NCBI GenBank assembly: GCA_002633005.1
Contig: NMRA01000244.1
Location: 1-64,000 of the forward strand
DNA from: Phoronis australis
Taxonomy: Eukaryota; Animalia; Phoronida
DNA length: 64,000 bases
Direction of reading: 5' to 3'
Every line of letters starts with the position of its first letter. Positions within the stretch are counted from its first letter, which is position 1. Made by a program: the position numbers and the translations under genes. The notes under the pieces are model-generated. The model was given only the letters and a program-made list of their open reading frames with translations, did not search any database and had not been told where the DNA came from. Positions 40,201 through 49,200 of the stretch are shown here, piece after piece.

Positions 40201-43200
40201 TTTCAGATAATCAGAGGACAGAAGTAACAATGGTGGTGTAATAATTCCAAATTCAACATGTTCAGATGAGACCCGTTCTTACCAGAGTTGGTCTGACGCG
40301 CTTCCAGTAGAATGCGTTGCCTAGCAACCTCATCCCAGGATCGTATCCACTCCAACATAATGAGGCTGGTATCGATGACATCACTGTAAGTCTGAGCAGG
40401 CACTTCCACTTGTGAGTAAGGAACAAGAGCATTAAACCAGCCACTGTGGAAAGACAATGCAGACACTGATCAACATAGCATTAAACATACAGTAAGCGGC
40501 AAAATAATGAAACAAAATTCCCCAAAATTCCCCAAAATTCCTCACCATGATTGTTGAGTGTAAGTCACCACCTGCCATGACGGGGAAAAAGTGTATTGTC
40601 GATTATAATTCATGTGCAGAGTAGCAGCAGCAGGACGCTGACTTATAACTTGTGAGGTCAGGGGTTAAATATTCTGCAGGATGCAAGTTTAGGTACAGTA
40701 TACCAACTGCTCCTTGCATTCTTGTGACTGTGCTCAGTGTTAAATTGAATGCAATACTGAAGGTCATCATGGTTAGTACTACTGACTAGTCATCTAGCTG
40801 ACATTGTTTACAATGAGAAAGAATGCCTGGTTGCCTCGTTACATAATCATGCAACACCAAATATAACACCGACCAGCACCAGTTGTAACCTTGCTATTTC
40901 AACACTCTATAACATGAGTACAGCACAAGTTGCTATCAATCTCAAACGCATTCCCAAAATAAAAGGAAATTTCTCAAAAGTCACAAAATTTTATTAGCCA
41001 CTTCAATTTAAAATGGGTGCAAAAGAGACGTTTCAAAGGGTATTTTGAATCCAGCATTGAATTTCCCAGAATAGTTTTTAATAAGCAAAAGTTAGCACTC
41101 AAAAGCTCACATTCCATAAGACAAATGGCATTCCTCCCATGGGACATTGAATTGCTGTATGGGTCATTCAATTGTCTCATGGGACATTCAATTGTCACAT
41201 GGAACATTCAGTTGTCACATGGGACATTCAATTGTCACATGGGACATTCAGTTGTCACATGGGACATTCAACTGTCACATGGGACATTCCAGTATCCCAG
41301 CTGAGTTTTTATCATAAGAGTTATGTCACAATCAAAACATTACAAGACATAATGTGGGGCATGGCTGTTTTATTATTGTGACCTTTTATCCAATAACAGA
41401 ATTATTTACCTGAAATTACCTAACCCCCAAATATTCAATTTGAAAATGCAACACAGAGAGCAAGTCCATAGCATACCACACTTAAGGGAAAACCCGACCC
41501 ATGACTTGCATCATCTCCACCTCATCACAATATAACCACCACAGTGACAATCAAAAATTAACTAAGCTGATATTAATATCTACTTTGAGAAAGACATCTA
41601 AGGAACAGGTTGAAATGAATACACTCAACAGTAGACTTAGATCTAGCTCTAGTTACCAGGAGTCGAGTTCCCGTGACCCAGTAGGCTGACTATTGTAGAT
41701 GGCTTGAAGTTTATTCAGAAATCTCATCATTTCATTCTCTTCTTCAGTAAAGGAGTCACGCAGGGTGTGTTCGCTGATTAAGAACTCTCGTAACCTTTTG
41801 TCCGTAGTGTAAAAACATATCTGACGCAGCTTTGTTTTAACATCAAAGCCCTGTATTTGTAAAATTAATGTCAAATTAAAGACAGATTAAAGAAACAAGT
41901 TTTTTCCAAGTCAAAATATCCTATCATGATATAAGTGAACTTAAAGTCTTCCGTATTATAGACATTGTGTAAAACAAAGAGTAAGGTTTCGTCAAAGATC
42001 AAATATGGCAGAACAGTAAAAATGTTATGTTATCAGAATTTTGAACAGAGTAAACAAGAAGACAATTATTTTACTTGTCTTGAAAATTGTACACAGTATT
42101 ACTGTCATGAACAAACACACAATGAAATTTTGAACATTTTTGATAATGTAGAAAATAAATCTGAAACTAAATAAGGCAATCCAGATCCTCCCAAGGATAT
42201 TATTGTTTCACGAAATGTAGAATATAAATAGGTAAATGAAACAACAAGAATGGATCAACTGAAATTTTCAGATATAATAATGTCCTTCGTCAACAGAAAC
42301 AGAAAGTAAAATCAAACACTATATGACAATTGACATTCAAGATATCAATTGTCATATAGTGTTTGATTTTACTTTCTGTTTCTGTTGACGAAGGACATTA
42401 TTATATCCGAAAATTTCAGTTGATCCATTCTTGAAGTTTTGGCAATACATTTAATTTAAATGTTTGAAAACTAAAAACTAAAATTTTGGCCATCATTTTT
42501 GCTCAAATTTTGAGACAACTTTACCGTTACAGCCTGACTAAACTTGATCACTGTAACAGTGAGCTCACTGGTTATTGTCAGTGTAAAATTAAAATGTTCG
42601 TCGATATCCCGAGGAAAAAGAAAGACATGTAATCTACAAGAGCGAAGATCAACAAAATATAAATGAACATTTTATCATAAAAATCGAAATGTTGAAACGC
42701 AATAACTTTTTTATGCTTTCATCAACAATCTGCAAAACCACTTAAATGAAAAAAATCAACTTTAATTGGATCATCCATAAAAAAACTTCCTACCAAGTTG
42801 GCAAGTAGCTGTGATGCCAGCTCCATCTGGTGGTCACCCAAACAGTCCAATACATGCTCTAGACCAATGCTAACTATGGTATCCCATGATGCACACTGTC
42901 CAGTATGGTGTAGGTAGGCCTGGACTAGAGGTATGTTGGACATCAAGATGGCATCAGTAACAACATCCTGGTGAATCAAAAAGGAATGACAAACAATACT
43001 TACAAAACATTCAATAAAATCTATCTTTGTCAAACATTAGTGAGAGCTATGGAGCAACTTTACATGTTTCAGTAAATCCTCTAAATATGTGCCACCAAGT
43101 ATTCGTCATCTTAACTTTTCTAGCTAAAATGTTTCAAATCACCAAAACATTTCAGTCTACTAGGGATAATCTCGGTGTAGCTTTGCAATGTATTAAGTAA

Positions 43201-46200
43201 TGTTCGATTGGTTTCCTAGACCTTATCGGTGAACAGTGCAAGATATTTTGTTAAGACATGGTATAAAGCATATTGAAAAACAACAGACAAGCGCCATGGT
43301 TACTAACAAACAACAGACAAGCACCATGGTTACTAACAAAGAAGTTGGGGTAATACACTCTATCTCTCTGAAAGTTCTACTGTATGACCATCAAATACCT
43401 ATCAACAGCAAGGCGTCATATGCATGACTGTGCAGAATGTAGTCTATGGTTTACGGGAGAGTGTGTTGAGAGAATGTGAAAAGACAAAATTCACCGCTTT
43501 TATCCAGAGCTTTTTCATATCAAAAATATAAGAAAAAAAATATTTCTGATATTTTAACCCCATCAGTGTAAACACAAACACAAACACAAACACAAACACC
43601 AAAAGTTAAAGAATACACATTAAACTGTTGACGTGAGTAATTGTTGGAATATAAAATGTCAAAACTTTCATACACTTTAGGGGTTACGGATCATGAAAGT
43701 GTACCTTTTGTACACCTCAGGGGTGAGCGGTTAAGAATGTGTACCCTCTGTACAAGTCTTGTGAAATTGGTAATAGTTGTGAGCTGTCCCCGAAAAACTG
43801 TCTATTCACCTGTACTCTCATAGTTTTCCATTTGTCCACTATATCAGTGTAACCCTCGCTGACTGACCACAAAGCATTTGACCCTGCAAACATCACTGAC
43901 TGGACAGACGACCGTCTAGACGGCGTCTGTGACTGGGAAGGACTTCTGCCCCCACTCTTCAAGTCACCTCTCAACTCTTCTATATAGTCTGTTAATGTGT
44001 TCAGGCAGGACTCAACTTCACCCTGTTCAAGAAATAGATCATATTATAGTACCACATGATGTGATGTAATTCACTAACAATCTCTATTACATAGTACATC
44101 ACCGAGTCCTGGGCTGCATTCCATAAATGCAAGAATCTTGCGAAAACGCCAGATCACGCAAGTGTTAGCAAAACAACCCATTGATTACAAATGAAGCACG
44201 CATCGATTACATTAAATTATCTTTTCTCGCGAGTGTTTTTCATTTTGAAAAGTAGCTCTAGCATGACTCACCTATATTCACCATACTACAACAGACAGCA
44301 GAAATGTCTGGATCTCAATTAAGGTCACCTTTCAGTAACACCTTAAAGTGAATACTCAATAGTGAACTATTTTTAACTCTACCACACAGAAAGTATGTTT
44401 CATCAGCAAAATTACCGTAACGGAGTTGAACTTTGGGTCGTTCGTCACCGAAAGTCTGTTGAGAGCAGCCACAGCATTTTGAACCAGAGTGTGAAGGTAG
44501 TTAAGGCTTATTTCCAGTAACTGGTCAGCGAATTGTTTGGCTGACCCATCAGCCATGCTGACCTTCACAGTAGACACCAACAGTTGGATAACTGGCAGAA
44601 CTTGGTCAAATTCTGTGGTCACATGGGCGGTGTCTGGCAACTGATTGGCTGATGAAACTGGGGCCAAGTCGTGAGAGGAAGATGGTAACTGGCCATTAAA
44701 AACTGGAAATAGACATTCAGTAGGGGAACATTTTGTGAATAGAGCGTAATGAACACTTTTAAAGAGGAGCTCCAGTAAGATTTCATATTGTTTTAATTCT
44801 ACAGGTGCAGATGTATTTTATAAAGTTATCATAGTCTCGTTGAGGAATTTGAAGCTACGTTGATTCAAAGTGCTAAGGTTTCAATCAAAAATGGAATTAA
44901 GACACTGTGTGCGCAACAACCTGTCGCATCAAGCTGTTCTTCCATAACTCGGTAAACTTGGAAAGCTTCCTCAGACATTTCAACAGGTTCGTGTAAGGCT
45001 AGACTCTTCAAAACATTATGGGTACACCACTGTCCCTTTCAGTACCCGAGACTAACGGTACAATCAGAAGGGGAACCCCTTACATTGAGCAACACCTACT
45101 GTTCTCACGGCTCTTCAAGAAGAACGCAACTGTATCCAGTTGTCGATGACGCAGACCGATCTCTAGAGCATGGACGGGGATAGAGCAACGATCCCATTGA
45201 TTCAGTCGACAGAAGTAGTCAGCAAACGTAGCACTCTCAAACAGCATCATCTAAGAGAATACCAAGAGGAACAGTCTAAGGGTCAAGATATTGATCTACT
45301 AAATAAAAATTTCTAAATTTGACCGAGCTCGACAATGCATCACTTTATTTGATACTCCAGGTTTGAATTTCTTTTCCTTCCTATCCACTGCTTAGTTACC
45401 ATGAAAAGGACTGGCAAATTCAATGACCTGCTTACCCTGTTGACCAAGTCCTCCTGAGAGTTGTCAATCAGTAGAGTGGAGAGTGTAGATGGCGCCACCA
45501 ATAAGCAGGGAAAGTGGAGGTCAGGGCAGAGAATCACATAACAGTTACCCTGTAACCTGCACAAAACGAAACACAGTGACACAGCTGGAGCAGGCAAGAC
45601 TGCCAAAGGAATTGAATTGAAGTTAAACAAAAAATGATACAACCTAAAAAAGATTTAATGGAAGAGCATGGGCGTTGCAGCACTGAAAAAAGTGGGGGGC
45701 TAACGCCCCCTCAGCCCCCCTGCGGTGCACTACCTATCGGCCATGTGCAATGTAGCACTGAAAAAAGTGGAGGGCTATAGCCTCCCAGCCTCCTATGGTG
45801 CGCCGTACATGAGGAGGTACACATTTCAACATTTCACAATACTAAAAACTGAACAACAAAAGAATCAGCCAAAAATGACAAGCCAAAATAGCTCATTGCC
45901 TAGGTTAAGTGCATTATAATTTGATCACAAAGGCAGGATTACGTTAAGACGTGTTTTGCTTAAAACTCCTTCGAACTTAAATTAACATGAGTTGGCAAAC
46001 AATCTTACAAAAAATGAAAATAAAACGTCTTAAAAAAAGACTATGTAACACACCTGTGATATTTCACTGTAGTGCTTTTCAGGTCATAGGTCACCACGTA
46101 ATCTACCTGACAGGTGTCGTCCTTACTTGAACACCAGATGAGTATATATGTCACACCTGCACACACAGCAGTCACGTGACAATTTGAAAAGGTATCTCCC

Positions 46201-49200
46201 AGACACAGAGACATAACGGCACGATTAGGGCTTTTGTTAGATACACCAAGATGGAGCTTCCGGCGTAAACTAGGGCTGGCTCTTGAGACATTACGAGTCC
46301 GTTCCCTGCGCAAATCTGCTAAGTGATAGGTGGGGTCAATAATCCTGTCTTGAGCCGGCACCATAACAAGAGTGGAGTCAGCAGACAAACCCATACTAGA
46401 GCACCATCTATTGGGCGCCAGGCTCCTGCCCATCTGCCCAGCGTGATGATGTGTTAGCTCCCCTTGCCAAAAGGAGTCGCTGTCACTGCTTGTCGTCATC
46501 GAAGTCTTTACAACCACACGGAGCTGGTTATGCATTTGGGCAGTTTTACTTGAGAGCTTGTGTAAAGGGAATTTGTCAAAGTATTTGTCAATGTCTACCA
46601 TATGAATGGTACTGCCACACTGTAGTATAACACTCTTGAGATCCTTTGTGATGTCAAAGCAATCAATGTTAGAGATGGTAGACTCATAGTGTTGACAAAA
46701 CGCCATGGTATCTATCAACCCTTGACACTTACCAGAACTGGTATTGTAAATTGCTGATGTGCTCGGTTAAGAAAAATTACAACGGAAAGCAAATGAAATA
46801 TGAGAAATCACAGTCAATAATTAATAACCTAAATTACACTAAGACTACTTTGTCATTCCAGTGCACAATTTGATGCTTTTGTGTCCTCAGTTTCAATTCC
46901 AATCTTCAAACACTGGACAAAATAATACAGTGACAGGGCTCGACACTTAACATACTGGCCAGTCAAACTTTTTTGTTGACTGGTGCTCGGTAATGACCAG
47001 TTCCACTCTTGGGTCCAATATAAAAGCCAGTTCACCTCCTGGGGCAATTATAGCAAACAATTGGCACACGTTACCTGATCTGACCAAGTCACCAAATTGA
47101 GATAAGATTTGGTAGTTACATATACTTCTGTCACCATTTGATTAAACAATAATATTCAATGCTTTTGGCATGATTGTATTGCCCAGAGAATTGGGACAGG
47201 TGAACACCAGTTCTCATCAGAGGACTCCAATTTGTGACATCCAGAATAGTTAACGCCCAAGTCTGAATGTAACCCGTTCTTGTAGACATGAGACAGTAAG
47301 CAGTCGCTAGAGCTGTGTGGGCAGTCAGTACAGGTAGAGCTGTGTGGGCAGTCAGTACAGGTTGAATAAGCTCATTAAAGGATACAGATTACATCACTGA
47401 GGTCCATGGTGAACAGAAGGTGGTCAACAGTAACAATCTGTCTAGACTCCTCCTTCAAAGTTATTACAGAGTCGATGGTGGGTGGGTGTGTCTGTGACAT
47501 GGAGAGGCGGGCCACATGTCTGTCATTGATTGACATCATGACAGACGAACCAGTGAATTGCAGTAAAGATATATTGCACAGTGCAGACAACTCTGAAACA
47601 GAAACGATAGGTTCAATCAACAGGCTTGCAACACTGGGGAGGAGATGTGAGATAGTGTAAGACAGGAGAGGGGTTGTGAGATTGTGCCTGTCAGTAACAC
47701 AAAGGGGGTTGTGAGATTGAGCCTGTCAGTAACACAAGGGAGGGGTTGTGAGATTGAGCCTGTCAGTAATACAAGGGAGGGGTTGAGAGATTGAGCCTGT
47801 CAGTAACACAAGAGAGAGGCTGTGAGATAGTGCCTCTCAGTAACACTGGGGAGAGACAGTGAGATAGCGCTTCTCAAAAACATGGCACCAATTCACTCTT
47901 GCTGACTTGTGATGGAGCAAATTCTAACTCCATTAAAAAAAATAATTGCAGGCGGTCTGATACACGTTGTATCAGACGTGCGCAGGCCTCGCATGTGGGC
48001 CCATTGCACTGATCACCTGGAAATATTTTTCTGCTTTACTGATATATGGTTAAAACCGAGCTGAGGAGCTAAAAACCTGGCTCAAGGGTTTAGCAGTGTG
48101 ACCTGGTGGGACATGAACCCACAACCTCGTGTAAAGAAAGCGGGCACAAGCAGGCCACACCGCCTCCTCAAAACCCCATTAACCAAGCTAAACACTTTTA
48201 TACTAAAATCTGAGTTTGATAGTTAGTTCAACCACAACAATGCATTAAAGACATTCTCCACTTTGTTGCTTGATTAGTTCACCTTATGAACGACCTTATC
48301 AAATCTATAGATTCAACCAAATATCTACAAAACTTTAAAATTTGACTCAACAATAGTATATATTTTCTGAAAATAGAAACTCCGTAGAATTTGATTTTTG
48401 ATTTTATACCTATCTGCCGCTAAATTAAGTAACCTAACCTTGGCTTTTTAGGTAAATTTAGCAAAAAGAAAGGTACATTCATAGCAAAACAAAAGTACCT
48501 ATAACATGACCAAATTTCGGATAATATAAATTTTCAAGATAAAATCTCAAAAGTGCTACCTAACAGTTTTCTGAATTATCGTTTCATTTTTTCAACTGCA
48601 ACTTTGTTTTTTTCATAAAACTCACATAAATCCCATTTTTGGTAGCCCCTCATGCAAAAGTGGACTATTTTAAAAACAATTTTTCACAGCGTTTTAGAGA
48701 ACAGAGTATAAAGCACATTATCCGGAGCCTCGTGTGAATCTGATCGGCCATTTCTGAGATACTATGTTCCAATGTTGACCAAAATTGGACATATTTCTAG
48801 AGTCCTACATGACCTTACCAACAATTGGTTAAAAGTGGTTTTTGATAAAGGGGTTTGTGAAAATTATTCAACCCGTATAAGCAGACAGGTTCATGGCAAG
48901 AATTACTCTCAACTTTGATAATTACCAATATCATGGTCAGCTATGAGGCTTCTTAACTTTGACTGAGAACAAGACGCTGTACACTCTAAGACTTGGGTGA
49001 TAGCTGATCCTTCTTTTCCATGGTATGTTTGGCACAGCTGGTACGTAAGCTCAAACACTGACACGCTGCCATCCTTTGTCAGACAACAGAGTTGTGGTGA
49101 AAGTAAGACATCATCAGTAGTATCCACAGATTTCCAGATGACACTGAAAACCAAATATAACATGAATGCATCATTAGAATGCAACATGCAGACTAATTAC

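Noticed and set aside
40546-40675. Extra SPG11 exon (donor G|GTGAG near 40545)
   Set aside because: The acceptors tried introduce stops in the required phase; exon 10 joins exon 11 in frame without it
42334-42344. Loop resembling the synthetic shRNA loop TTCAAGAGA
   Set aside because: Imperfect match, 89-bp arms and no vector context; treated as coincidence
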